Shown here piece after piece: positions 41,166 to 53,794 of a stretch of DNA of 64,000 nucleotides; positions within the stretch are counted from its first letter, which is position 1, and every line of letters begins with the position of its first letter. The position numbers were made by a program, and so were the translations under genes. Source of the stretch: Octopus vulgaris (Eukaryota). A model generated the notes under the pieces. That model was not told the DNA's origin and did no database searches. It saw only the letters and a list, made by a program, of their open reading frames with translations. The stretch lies in the NCBI GenBank assembly GCA_951406725.2, contig OX597818.1, positions 119,536,001 to 119,600,000 on the forward strand, in the 5' to 3' direction.

Positions 41166-41599
41166 TCTCAGTTCGTTTATCTTTACAAATCCCTGTCTGT
41201 CTCACTACCAAAGAGTAGTATCTTTATATGTCTGCCTGTCTTCTCCCCATTATTGCCTTTAGCTAATGATAAGCCAATATGTCTGTCGATGGTAGCTTTG
41301 ACACTCTGCCTCAACGTCGTTTGCATATATTTTATAATTCTCTTTCTTAATTGTTCGCTTGTCCGGTGTCAAAAAGTTTCATCCTATTTTTCGACCAAAT
41401 GCTTTCATTTTGCATCCTTTCCTATCTATTTCCCCCCTCTATCTGCCTTTTTCACATATGCATATGTGGGTGACTCTGTGCGTGCGTGTATGTATGTGTG
41501 TATGTGCGTGTGTGCGTGTATATGTGTAAACTTTTCTCTCTAACGCGCCTTTCGCGTACTCTCTCACACACTTCCTGAAATACCCTCTAACATTGCAGT

Positions 41600-42183
41600 T
41601 CATTTTAGTCTCTCTAACTATTAGTTTTCTTTATCTTCTTCTTCTTTTTCCTTATTTTTCTTTCTCCCCCCCCCCTCTCTCTATCTATCTATCTATTTTT
41701 CTCTTTCTTTCTCTCACTCTCTTTAGCTTTCTCATCTACTTTTCTCCCCCGAACTCTTTTGCAACATTGCTGCTTTCTCACTTTTCTCTCTCTTTCTTTC
41801 TTTCTCTCTCGCTCGCTCTTTCTCTTTCTCTTCACTCTCTCTGTATCTCTCTATTACCCCTCTCTCTTTCACTTAGACTTTTTATCTTTCTCCTCCAAAG
41901 CTCCACTTTTTTCTCCGTTGCTATTTTATCTGACATCTCTCTCTCTCTTTCTCTCATTCACTTTCTTTCTCCATCTCTCTCGCTCGCTCACACTTTCTCT
42001 TTCTCTCTCTCTTTCACTCTGACTTTTTATCTTTCTCCTTCAAAGCTCCACTCCTTTTTCTCCAATGCTATTTTCTCCGACATGTCTCTCTCTCTCTCTT
42101 TCTTTCTCTCTCGCTATCTATCTCTCTTTCTCTCTCGCTATCTATCTGTCTTGCTCTCTCGCTCTCTCTCTCTCTCTCTCTCC

Positions 42184-42219
<36 letters not shown>

Positions 42220-42496
42220 CACACTTTTTCTCCCTCCTCCGACCTCTGTTTTACGATGCTACTTTCTCACCCATTTCTCGCTGTTCTGTCTCTTTCTTTC
42301 TATCATTCTCTCGCTCCCTCTCTCTTTCACTCACTTTTTATTTTTCTCCTTCTAAGCTCTCCTCCTTTTCTCCCTTGCTATTTTCTCCGACATCTTTTTC
42401 TCTTTCTTTCGCTCACTTTTTTTCTCTCTCTGTTTGCCTCTCTCTCTCTCCTTCTCTCTGTTTGTCTGTCTGCCTCTTTCTCTTTCTCTTTCTCTT

Positions 42497-42527
<31 letters not shown>

Positions 42528-42600
42528 TTCTCTTTCCTTCTCCACCCCTTTCATTAAATCACCAGTTTTTTTTTTCCTTTCTCCTCTACTACATACCTTC
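41600..42600. repeat. CT-rich low-complexity block with a cryptic higher-order repeat
   Basis: About five degenerate units of ACTTTTTATCTTTCTCCT..AAGCTC..TGCTATTTT.TC.GACAT separated by (CT)n. Confidence 0.85.
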
Positions 42601-44530
42601 ACTCATGTTTGCTTTTATAGAACTGCCTGACAATGAGAGTAAACCGCTCTCTTGTCATGTATTGTTGAAATCAATAATATAGAGATACCCAACTTATCTC
42701 TAGAGACTTTTGCTGAAGTGACTGACACAAAACGCAATTCGATTCACAAACGCCATTACTCGGCAGAGAGCGACGATTTTACAACAAACCGATAGACTCG
42801 AATATTTGCTTCACAAAACGACTTTATACGCAGCCTTCGAAAGTTATTCATATATCTGTGTTCTATTTGTTCCTGGTGGTGTTCGTTTTTTCTCTTCTAA
42901 TTCTTCTATTCTTATATTTTATTGGTTCATTTGTAACATGTTTTTTTACTTGTGTATTCTTCGATGCTTTTTTCCCTTTTCTCTCTAAAGAAAGGTACTT
43001 GCTTAATTTGAAACTATGATGATGGAAAACGGTGTAATATTGATACACGTTCTGAACAAGCAGTTGTAGTTGTCATTATTACTACTATTATTATTATTAT
43101 TGTTATTATTATTATTATTATTATCATTATTATTATTATTATTATCGGCAGCAAGTGACTATAATATTAACTCGTTTCTTTATTGCGCAAGCAATACGAA
43201 CTTGTTGAGGTTGTAATAATATATTGATATTTTAGATCCCTTGCTGGTTGATTGGTGAGTTCGTTTGATTGCATTTACGAGTTCCATTTGCAAGCATTTA
43301 TGTTCCCTGCGATGGTGGTTCGGTTTACTCAAAATATACACCAATTTTACATCCACACGTGTCCCTTTTTCTTCGTTCTCTAGCAAATCTTAATAATAAA
43401 AGAACTCTTTTCGCACGTAACTTTAAACGCGCAATGTACACAAAGCTGCCTTCTTTTATTAGCCAGATATTACAAATATAAAATGGAGTCAGCCTATGAT
43501 ATATAGTTAGCAGCAGGGACGTGATTTATAAAGCTTGGCTAGAATGTATATTTACAGCTTTCCCCCATAATCATCAGCTCCTGTTTGCAGAGCTATAGAT
43601 CCCTGATAACTACAGGAGATGTTAATCAGAGCAAATACAAGCTTTAAGGTAACGTGATATAGCGATGTTTACTTGTTGATTGCTCGTATTGACTTGAGTG
43701 AGCGGAGTTCAGTGGTTGTATATCAGCATGGGCAGCCAGTAATACATCTAAATACACGCACACACACACACGCACATGTACGCACGTAGCACACAAACTC
43801 AAACGTGCACACACGTACACATATACACACACGATGAGAAACAAAGGGGACACCAAAAAGAGGAGACAAGGGGAAACTGTTTGACTGGTTAGCATTAAGA
43901 GCCCAATTATCAATGAATCATACACTGTCGTTTTAAAAAAAAGGACCACCACGTTACATAATGTTATCCTATTTGTAAAACAAGAGCGCCGTCGCAATGC
44001 AAGAAACTTGATTGTAGGCCTGCTAAGATCAGTGCCGAATGTCTTAAAAAGTGAAGAGAGCTTCAGAGCCCTCGACAATATATTTCAGCAGGGATGGAAA
44101 CTAAACAACGACAGAGCGTCTTTAAAATGGTTTAAACTTTTAGAGGTAGTAGCTAAGTCTCTTTTGAAATCATCCTCTAAAAGGATCTTCAGGCGTTAAT
44201 GTAATCCTGGATAAATTACATTTTAAAATAATACAAGGTTTGTTACGATTTTAATACCTTCCATAATGATACAATGTGGCAGCTAGATCTGAGCTGGGTT
44301 GGGGCTAAAGAAAAACATCCACTATCAGTAACTTTATACACAATATGGTAAGATAATTTTGAAACGTATGGTCGCCAGTTGTTAACAAGTTACCGGCGTG
44401 ACGTATGAAGGATCATCCTTCATATGGTGCTTTTAATCCAAATCAGATTAAAAGAGCTCAATGCTATTTAAGCTGCGTATATTGAACAATTAAAATTTAA
44501 TTCAGTTCACTCGACATCTACTGCCAGTTG

Positions 44531-44863
44531 AGACCCCCTTCGGGCATGACTGACCGTGGGATTGCACCTAGAAAGTTACCCTCCCAGGCACAAGTCCGGG
44601 CAAGGTTGTTAATGGAAGACCAGAAGTCGCCCATGCACACCGGCCTCCCCTCTCCACGCCACCAGTGTTATCCAAAGGAAAGGCAAAGGCTGATATAGAT
44701 TGGCACCTGTGATGTCGCAACTCATTTCTACAGCTGAGGGAACTGGAGCAACGTGAAATAACGTGTTTTGCTCAAGAACACAACACGCAGCCCGGTCTGA
44801 GATTCGAACTCACAACCTCACGATCGTAAGCTCGACGCTCTAACCAGAGCCATGCGCCTTCAC
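44531..44863 (-). mobile_element. SINE with head B (CORE-like) and tail Z; 8-bp TSD CTGCCAGT
   Basis: TSD at 44521-44528 and 44866-44873; minus-strand B-box GTTCGAATC. Confidence 0.85.
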
Positions 44864-45479
44864 TCCTGCCAGTGCTGAGCTGTAAATTCATTGTATCTAT
44901 TTAGAAATCTGTTCACTTCCTCATATTGCCAATGGACATAATGCTGTATGGTGGGGTTACATTAACATCAAACCCTTTACCCAAAAGAATCACACATCAA
45001 CTACACAACGGGCATCATTATGCAATGGCCTGGGAAACTATATATTCAGCCATAAGACCTAGTCTTCAACAGAGACGGAAGTAAAAGGCTTCTAGTTTCA
45101 ATATTTTCATACTTAAAGTGGTTGATACGTGAATTCTTTCTCTCAAATCCATTATTATTTCAGTTAAATGAATTATGGGAAACCTCCAAAAACAAAGTCT
45201 ACCCTTTGACACATCCTTCAAGATCTATGTTGCTTTTCCATGACTCTTCCACAAATGAATACCACCCCCATTCAGATATTAGTTTGCAATTTCCAAATGT
45301 CATGACGTAAATACTGGCTTGTTACTTTTATGAGTTTAAATGAAGCTTATGTCCTCTTTGCATTCCGTCTTTTTGAGCTCGATGAAATGTAAACTGAAGT
45401 TATTGTAATCGTTTATCCCGCTTCTCTCAAACTAGCCCTGCCTTGTGCCTAAATTAGAAACAGTTGTTATAATCAGTAT

Positions 45480-45782
45480 TGTTTGTTCCTTCTCGAGCCA
45501 CACCTGGCTCATAGGGCCGGTTTCCTGGTTTCTTTGGCGTATAGGTCCCACACCTGGACGGGACACCCGGTCTGTCGTAGTTGAGCTGCAAAATGCAGGA
45601 AGAAAGAGTGAGAGAAAGTTGTGGCAAAAGAGTCAGCAGAAGTTCGCCATTACCTTCTGCCGGAGCCGCGTGAACCTTAGGTCTTTCGCTCATAAACACA
45701 CCCATCGCCCGATCTGAGATTCGAACCCGCGATCTCTCGACTGCGAGTCCGCTGCCCAAACCACTAGGCCATGTGCCTCCAC
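45480..45782 (-). mobile_element. SINE C head with tail Y; TSD-like TATAATCARTAT
   Basis: Minus-strand head GGAGGCACATGGCCTAGTGG...GGTTCGAATC; duplication at 45468-45479 and 45783-45794. Confidence 0.85.
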
Positions 45783-46647
45783 TATAATCAATATAGTTTT
45801 TGTAAAATGTGATCTGCAGTATCGGTTGAAGAACGGAGCAATTGTTTATGGCTTTTAGTTTTTGCTCTTTTATACTCTGATTTCAAAACCCACTGAGGGC
45901 AGTTTTATCCTTCATAGAAGCCGGGTCAATAAAACCAGTCGAGGCCTGGACTCCAGACGTTTAAATTGTCTGTGACCACCTTAAATCATTTGCAAGCTTT
46001 CGTCTCTGCTTGAAATAATTATCATAATTAAATCAAATAAATTCCAATGAGAATAATTTTATTGTACCGAAGAGAAAATTAATTTTATAGACTTTCCGAG
46101 ATAAATATATGCTCAGAATTTAATTACAAGCAATCTATTTAGGCGTGTATTTGTTTTGATAACTGAGTCAAAACATTCCATTATATAGCTTCAGTTAAAC
46201 TTGTAAATTGATACATTATTTTTTTAGATTAGTCTTTAGTCTTTAGTCTTTTATTTTATTTCAATTCTTTCATCAAGCATAACGACTAACAGTTATGTGT
46301 TCTTCATATTATTTTTGTCTTAAAATATAATTTTTTTTTTTTGCTATGAAGCTTCGATTTTTATTTTTGCATTTATCTAATTTTATTTGTTCTCTTTTTT
46401 TCACTACAAAAAATTTAATGACTTCAAATTATGTTTACGTTGTAAGAGTATGATTTGTTGGGGTTTACAAAAAAGAACAGTTTATATAGAAATGCGTTCT
46501 CGATCGTAATTCTTTTAAATGTTACCTCCATTCTCTTTGCTTTTGGTCGACATCAGCTGCAGTATCTTCAGGCTATAATTGAAATCGCCTGCAGATCTCT
46601 TGTTTACTATGTACACCGTACACAGGCAAAATCGTTTATATTCCTAC

Positions 46648-46825
46648 CTTTGACTTGTTCCAGGTATTAGACAGCGGCCATGCTAGTACACCTCCTTGAA
46701 GAATTTTGGATAACCGAATCGACCCTAGCAAGTATTTGTTTTAAAACTGATACTTATTCTAAAGGAATTTTGTGTCGAACCGCAAAGTTATGAGGACGTA
46801 AACACACCAACACCGGTTGTCACGA
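46648..46825 (-). mobile_element. Degenerate 3' half of SINE A
   Basis: GCGGCCATGCT...GAACCGC...GACGTAAACACACCAACACCGGTTGTCA. Confidence 0.7.
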
Positions 46826-47202
46826 GAATACTCCTTTCAATATAAAGTAAGACCAAGATCAGGTATTTGCTATCTGGAATATCGTCATCTGTCCTGAGTT
46901 TACTACTTGTAAAGCATTGCCGTTGTTAGAAATACTACGTTAAATTTTTATGGCTGTGAGCTATTTTCCTTCGGTGGAATTTGAACTTCTACTTTTATAG
47001 AGGAGGGGGAGGTAATGACGACGACAACTGCTTCTAACTTCGATCAGACTTGTTTCATTTTTGGATTTTATTTCACACGGTTCAAAAACAAGGTCGATTT
47101 TCCAAAACAGAAAATTTTCTACTTTTATTTTAATGCCTAGAGCTAAGAACAAAGAAGGTGAACAGAATACGTAAAAGATAAAAAAAATGGACTCAAAGAA
47201 TA

Positions 47203-47905
47203 TCATTTCCTCCTGGTACATCTAAACATATAATTCTCGTCTATTATGTGCCACTTGGTTAATGATTGTTGTAATGCAAGTTGTTTGTCTGGCAAAGGTT
47301 TCGGGACATTTTCTTCAAGGAATCTTATTAATGAATCAATATCATAGAAAGTTTCTCGCAAAACTTCTGCGATCAAATTATTCACCTTATTTCGATGAGT
47401 TTCAGGTAAGCTAAACTTGCTGAGCTCCTTCCCTCCCATTGAGACAATGTGATCTTCAATATCAACCAACGCAGAATTATATATGTCATCGTTGGATGCT
47501 ATTTCCCTCTCGGGGAATATTAATTGCGTTAGATATATGTAGTCTTCTAATAAATCATTCTTATATTTGTGCCACAACGCTAATGGATTACTTACTTCAC
47601 AATTCGGGAGAATTTCAAAAAGATCTCTGAAAGAAATAGGTGTGCGTGACACTGAAGCCTCAGCCATTGTTCTATCCCACTGATTGTCATCTTCTAACAA
47701 ATTTAAGGTTAAACAGGCTTTTCTACAAGTATGAACAGTTTGACCATCAATAGTTCTTAGGAAGGAGAAGTCGGTCCTCATATTTCATGAAGAGGCAACC
47801 CCAAAAAGAAAGATTCATAGTGACTCGGATGCACAGAGTCAACTCTTTGGATTGTCGAGTCAAATACTTTTATACTTGGATGACCTTCAACGTCTGCTCC
47901 TCACA
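47203..47905 (-). mobile_element. Helitron Rep/PIF1-helicase fragment (pseudogenised)
   Basis: RVDSVHPSHYESFFLGLPLHEI*GPT, then FLRTIDG...ACLTLNLLEDDNQWDRTMAEA...NPLALWHKYKNDLLEDY, ending at the Walker A start LDVPGG. Confidence 0.9.
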
Positions 47906-48433
47906 TTTTATAGCAATATAAAGTAATATACTTTATTACAGCTACACACACACACATACACACATACACACAGGCTATTATGTGTGTTGTTATATTACAC
48001 ATATAGCATACCTACAGAAGAGTGCCCCCACCGAATTTGTTTCTTCCTAGGTTTAGGGAAAATGGGTAGTTTCAAATGAAAAGTTGTACAAATATGCTGA
48101 AATGAGATAGGAAAATGACAGCTGACCTCATAAATTCTGATGTGGAACACGTGAAATAAAGGAAAAACATTGGAGTGAAATCTAAGTTACAGTTTCTATT
48201 CTGAAAGTAGGGAGGGAATAAAACGAAAGTGTTCTTCTACAGTCTTTATTGTGAAGGTAAGCTGGGAAAAAACAGAAAACTGGTCTTCTACAGATATAAA
48301 TATAGAACGAATATGAATAGAGCTTACTACGGTTATACACACACACACATTATTATCTGTGTCGTTATATTGCACATATGGCATACCTACAGAAGAGTGA
48401 TCCACCGTATTTTGAAATAAAATGAAATATAAT

Positions 48434-48615
48434 AACAATTGCAGTATGGAAGGTGTTTATAAGCCATTTAAGAAACACAAAAAAACGTTTGTGTTAGAAT
48501 CTAACGGTTTTTGTGTGTTTCTTAAATGACTTATAAACACCTTCCACGCTGCAATTGTTTTCGATCCAGCACGCGGTCTCAGATCAGGTCACTTGCTATG
48601 CAAGTACATCTCTGA
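48434..48615. mobile_element. Penelope-like fragment with about 55-bp inverted duplication
   Basis: AACAATTGCAG...GGAAGGTGTTTATAAG pairs with CTTATAAACACCTTCC...CTGCAATTGTT; homologous to about 7475-7600. Confidence 0.65.
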
Positions 48616-48985
48616 AATATAATAATCCTATGAAAATTATGTCGCTTAGGCAGGTTATTCATTTTTAATTTGTAAGTGGTTTGGTAATCCTACAAAAATG
48701 ATTTCCCTTAGACCCTTCATTTAGTTATTGTTAATTTGGAAGGGGCATATTTTAATTTTATAAAAATGATAATCCTAAGACTCATCATTTATTTTTGAAA
48801 TGCGATTGTGTACATGCTAGAAAAGGGCCAGTAGCTTCCTTCGGGGGATCGCTAGAGACTCGGGACCGCTTCCATTGTGTTTGTCGTGAAATTTTATACA
48901 TGGATTAGCCTTTAGTTTTTATATCGATGCCGTAGGTTTTCTTCCTATAGGCGGACAGTTAGACATACACACACACACAGATATC

Positions 48986-49017
<32 letters not shown>

Positions 49018-49319
49018 GGACGCATATAAGCGTGTATGTATGTGCATATGTGTGGATTATATATAGATAACATACTATTGCTATAGAATGAAATACAAAA
49101 GTCTTGAAACCCACATTCACAGCAGCACGTACATCTTTCATTCGATATCGTAATAATTGAATTTTTTAAGCATATAAATATATATTTGCGATTTAAGAAT
49201 TTCTTTACACGCTGAGTTATTTTATTTCTTGGCAGACGATAATAAATACAATTTTTTTCATAATACAGTCTCACATTTTCGCGCTGTTATATACAACAAA
49301 TATTGATTTCCATCGATAA

Positions 49320-50125
49320 TAGGCGCATGCGTAATTGCGCGGTTGAGAAACTTCCTTTCCGATCGTGAGGTCTTGGGTTCAGTCCCACTGCTTAACATCC
49401 TGGACATTTGTCTAGTATTGTAGCCCTGACCTTACTGAAGTCTTGTGAATTGATTTGGAAGGGGAAAATTGAAAGAAATCCGCCGTATATGTGGCTGTGT
49501 GGCAAGTAGCTTGCATACCAACCACATGGTTTCGGGTTCAGTCCCACTGCGTGGCACTTTGGGCAAGTGTCTTCTACTGTAGCCTCGGGCCGACCAAAGC
49601 CTTGTGAGTGGATTTAGTAGACGGAAACTGAAAGAAGCCCGTCGTATATATGTATATATATATATGTTGTGTGTGTCTGTGTTTGCCTCCCCCCCCCCCC
49701 CAACATCGCTTGACAACCAATGCTGGTGTGCTTACGTCCCCGTAGCGGTTCGGCAAAAGAGACCGATAGAATAAGTACTAGGCTTACAAAGAACAAGTCC
49801 TGGGTCGATTTGCTCGACTAGAGGCGGTGATCCACCATGGCCACAGTCAAATGACTGAAACAAGTAAAAGAGTAAAATAGTAAAAGAGTATATGTATTTA
49901 TTTATGTGTGTATTTCTATTGTGTTTGCGTTTGTGTCTGTCCCCCACATCGCTTGACAACCGGTGTTGTTTCACCAACGTCTCCCTCACTTGGCAGTCGG
50001 CAAAACAGACTGACACCATGGCTACCGAACTTTAAGATAACTACTTGGATTGATTTCCTCGACTGAATCATTCAAGACTGTCCCCAGCAGGACCGCAATC
50101 GAATGACTGAATCAAGTAAAAGGTA
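49320..50125 (+). mobile_element. Young SINE A (49490-49890) nested in an older SINE A
   Basis: Diverged 5' half at 49320-49487 and diverged 3' half at 49900-50125 flank a near-consensus copy. Confidence 0.85.
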
Positions 50126-50227
50126 ATTCACAAGGCGTGTTTTCGTCATTGCTGTATAAAACTTACAGAGCAAAATACCCGATACAAATTTATACATTTC
50201 CACCTTCTAAAATCGCTAACGTAATCT

Positions 50228-50550
50228 TTTCTCTTTTACTTCTTTCAATCATTTCACTGCAGTTCTGTTAAAGCATTACTTGAAAGGGTTTCAGGCGAAC
50301 ATATTGACCCCAGTACATTTTAAGCCCGGTACCGGGTTGCTATGTTACGGGAGCGTAAATAATCCAATACTGTTTATCAAGTGATGATGGAGGAGACACA
50401 AATGCACACATATAAATATAAATGGTGAGCTTCCTCCCAGTTTCCGTGTACCAAATTCACTCAAAGTGCATTTGGTGATCGGGAGCTAAAGTAGAGGATA
50501 CATGTCCAAGACGTTGCGTAATGGGACTGTTTGTAACCACACAGCCATAC
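50228..50550 (-). mobile_element. Old SINE A
   Basis: Degenerate tail, core (CAGTTTCCGTGTACCAAATTCACTCA) and head. Confidence 0.7.
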
Positions 50551-51152
50551 TTAGAGATATCAACTAAGGTGGTCGCCAATAACTTGAATCTCTGTCTGTC
50601 CTCTATAACCATAACAGCGACTTTCGTAGAGCCTGATACTAATTTGAAGACCTAATCTCTTAAAGGACAGACCACTTAGCTTTGGTGGGGAAAGCAATGT
50701 TGTTGTCTTAGATATCAACATGTGAATCTGATGTGCATCTAATGTACGAATATCTTTTCTAAATTTCTTTACTATGTAATCAATTTCACCCTGGTCTCAT
50801 TGCTCTTGGGCTTGGAGGTGTCTCATCAGATCGTTCTGTCGTGGCGTGTACTGACGGGACTATTTTCCTCGCAATTTCTCTGAATTTTGAGCCAAAGATT
50901 TTTGATTTTATTTCTCACTTCCTCTTTTTTAAACGTTAGTGATCGACTCGTAGTTATACCTAGTATCTATATACGCGTCTACGTTATTTTCGTTCTAATT
51001 CAGAGTATTGAGCACTCTGTTAGACGAAGATACATCGCAAAATATACTGAGAAATATTTTTTTTTTTAATCTATATATCTATATAGCTATGTATATCTCC
51101 ACATGTACATAAGTATATCTATACAAACACACACACAAGCATATACATACAT

Positions 51153-51220
<68 letters not shown>

Positions 51221-51799
51221 GAATGTATGTATGTATATGTATATGTATCTCTGTTTCAAGTGCAGACGATCTAACGTTAAATCGATAGACATCAAACCAG
51301 AGCTATACGTTCATAAAGACGCCTCAATGTATTTTCTGTTTCTTTTTTCTTCCTTTTATATATTTTCCCCTTTTTCAACCACTTAACATTCTGTTGATGA
51401 TAGTAAGTTACTGAGGAAACCTACCACATCAATATCAGTAAATACCGCTCGAACGTCTGGGATGTATACTTCCACTGGTTGCAATTAGTCAAAGAGTCAT
51501 AACATTATACCTATTCTAATATTGATTTCCAACATAAAGGCGTTGGAATGACAGAATAACAGAGCGTCGCCCAATAACTATTTACCTATCCTTGCATTCT
51601 GATTTCAAATTCTGGCGACGCCGACTTTGTCTTCCACTGTTCAAGTTTCGGTCTTTAAGTGGGAAAATTAGAATACTTTTAATTAACTTTATTATTTCCC
51701 AGAATGTGCGAACTTGTCCAAATGTATAAAAAATATAAAAAGGATTTCTATATCGACTTCAAAAGTTTGGTTGCTTTTATGAAGCATATAATTATTTCG

Positions 51800-52304
51800 G
51801 ATATGAAATGACTAGTTCCGCCTGTTTTGGACAGACTACTGTTTGTTTCAGTTCTTGCAACCACCCGGCATCCTTCTTGTGCTTCTTGTCTTTGCTCCAA
51901 ATGTCACTCCAAAACCTTTGACTTTCAATGTTATCTGGTATCAACTTTTCTTCTGTACACTCTCCATTTATTTCTTTATAGAATCTCTTCTGATCTATTC
52001 TGAATAACCTATTCTGGTGGTAACACTTCATTCTATGGTCGTATCTTACCATCTTTGCTTTCTTTGCAACGAGGTGCTGTTTCAGTTCCTCCATTACCAC
52101 TTTCAGGCCCTTTCATTCAATATTATACTTCCTTTTCAGCGCCCTGTATTTTTGTTCGCTTTTAAGCTCCCCTTTCTCTTTTCGGTCTAACACAGATATT
52201 TCCTTCCAGAGCATGTCTAACCCTGCCTCTATTCTTCTTTTCCACCATGGATGTTTTCTTTTGTCACTCCCATTGTGTTGCTTTTCCTTGACATCAACAC
52301 CCAG
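51800..52304 (-). mobile_element. R4/Dong-like non-LTR retrotransposon fragment (pre-RT region)
   Basis: PWWKRRIE...KY.I*...EELKQHLVAKKAKMVRY...QNRLFRIDQKRFYKEI...FWSDIWS, with one in-frame stop; 5' junction abuts (TAA)n. Confidence 0.85.
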
Positions 52305-52340
52305 ATTATTATTATTGTTAGTGTTCAGGTCACTGCCCGC

Positions 52341-52414
52341 GGGCATATGGCGTAGTGGTTAAGAGCGCGGGTTACTTACCCCCAAGATTCCGAGTTAAGC
52401 AGTGACCTGAACAC

Positions 52415-52454
<40 letters not shown>

Positions 52455-52652
52455 TAATAGTAACAACAACAACATCGAAAAATACCTTAGGAATGAGAAC
52501 CCAGGTTCGAAATTTCCCCAAGACACCTGAAGAAGGCTGGAGGGTATATCAGCCGAAACGTTGTGTTAACAACAAGATGAGAACGAATATCCGTCGAATG
52601 TAAATAATGTAAATAATGTACAGAATTCCTCATCTCTTAAATATAGAGCTGT
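52341..52652 (+). mobile_element. tRNA-headed, hammerhead-bearing short element D
   Basis: A-box TGGCGTAGTGG, tRNA-like arm, (AAT)n, hammerhead at 52523-52566 and (TAAATAATG)x2 near the end; sister copy at 20677. Confidence 0.8.
52523..52566 (+). ncRNA. Minimal type-I hammerhead ribozyme (Penelope/retrozyme type)
   Basis: ACAC-CTGAAGA-A-GGCTG gagggtatat CAGCC-GAAA-CG-TT-GTGT: intact core, 4-bp stem I, 5-bp stem II, palindromic AACGTT stem III, GUU site. Confidence 0.8.
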
Positions 52653-53794
52653 AGATTTCCTTTTTATCTAAACACAAATTTCAGTAATATATTCTACTTG
52701 ATCTGAGGTCAATGTGGTGAGCCTTCGGGATCGAAAATGTAAACTCGTTCAAGGAACATCACGAATAGCTGCTGTATTACATGATCAGGAATGAAAACGA
52801 AGTCCGTTCAAAAGCAGTATTTTGTATACAGGAGACACAAGACACGTTTAATTTAGTTTTCAATGATTTATTTGTTTAACTTTCATTTACTTGTGTGTTT
52901 TTCAAGTGGTTTCTTCAATAATTTTATCTATCATCCAAGAACAAAATGGAACTGAATAAATATATATTCAGTCATATATGAAAAAGTAACCTACAGAATT
53001 TCTGTTGCTTTTTAAATTATTTATTTATTTATTTTAGTAATTTACAATGACGCCATTGTGAGTATTATGAATATCATACGAAACGTATAAGAAACGCCAC
53101 TTAAAAATATGACTGCGTGTATAGAATAATTTAGGTGGATAAAGAATGAATAAAACGAAGAGACAATAGGAAATGTATTACAAATATGGCTGATTCAACG
53201 AATAAATGAATCCACAAACGATAAACTGACAAAACAATCAGAAATGTTTTTGAAAGAAATTCTAAAAAAATTTTTCAACACACAAACAAGCGAATATGAA
53301 ATTTTAACAAAATCTAAATAATTTGAAAGTAAACAAAGAAACAAACTAGATGTCCGAACGGGTGCATATAAAGATTCGTATAAGGATCATTACGTGATCC
53401 GAATTAGAATATTTTAAAATAAGTATTCAGCTGTTTTCTCCTCTTCAAACATAACATTGATTCTTCGCAAATAATGTTGATCAAGTCCAATACATTGTCG
53501 TGCTTCATTGCTCGAAAAAGGAAACAAATGTTATGCTATCTAAAATAATTTTCTTTCCAAAATTAGACGCTGTTGATCTTTTCTTTATTCGAGTATTTGT
53601 TTTTATGTGTTGCTGTTATGTTCAGAGGGTGTCAAATGTTTACCATAAGCGACGTTAGTTGACATTCCGAATTTCACAGTGTTATAGTAAAATTTCAGAT
53701 TCTCTTTGAGATGAACTAACAATAAAAATCGTTTCGTATGTGTGTGTTTGTGTGTGTGTATGTGTGCTTGTGTGTGAGTGTATGTATGTATGTA

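Noticed and set aside
41593-42630. 345-aa Leu/Ser/Phe ORF (and the similar 60333-60776)
   Set aside because: Stop-poor CT low-complexity DNA, not a membrane protein.
51391-51425. TTGATGA...GAAAC hammerhead-like motif (also CTGATGA at about 36409 and 38367)
   Set aside because: Missing core base or no convincing stems I and III; expected by chance in AT-rich DNA.
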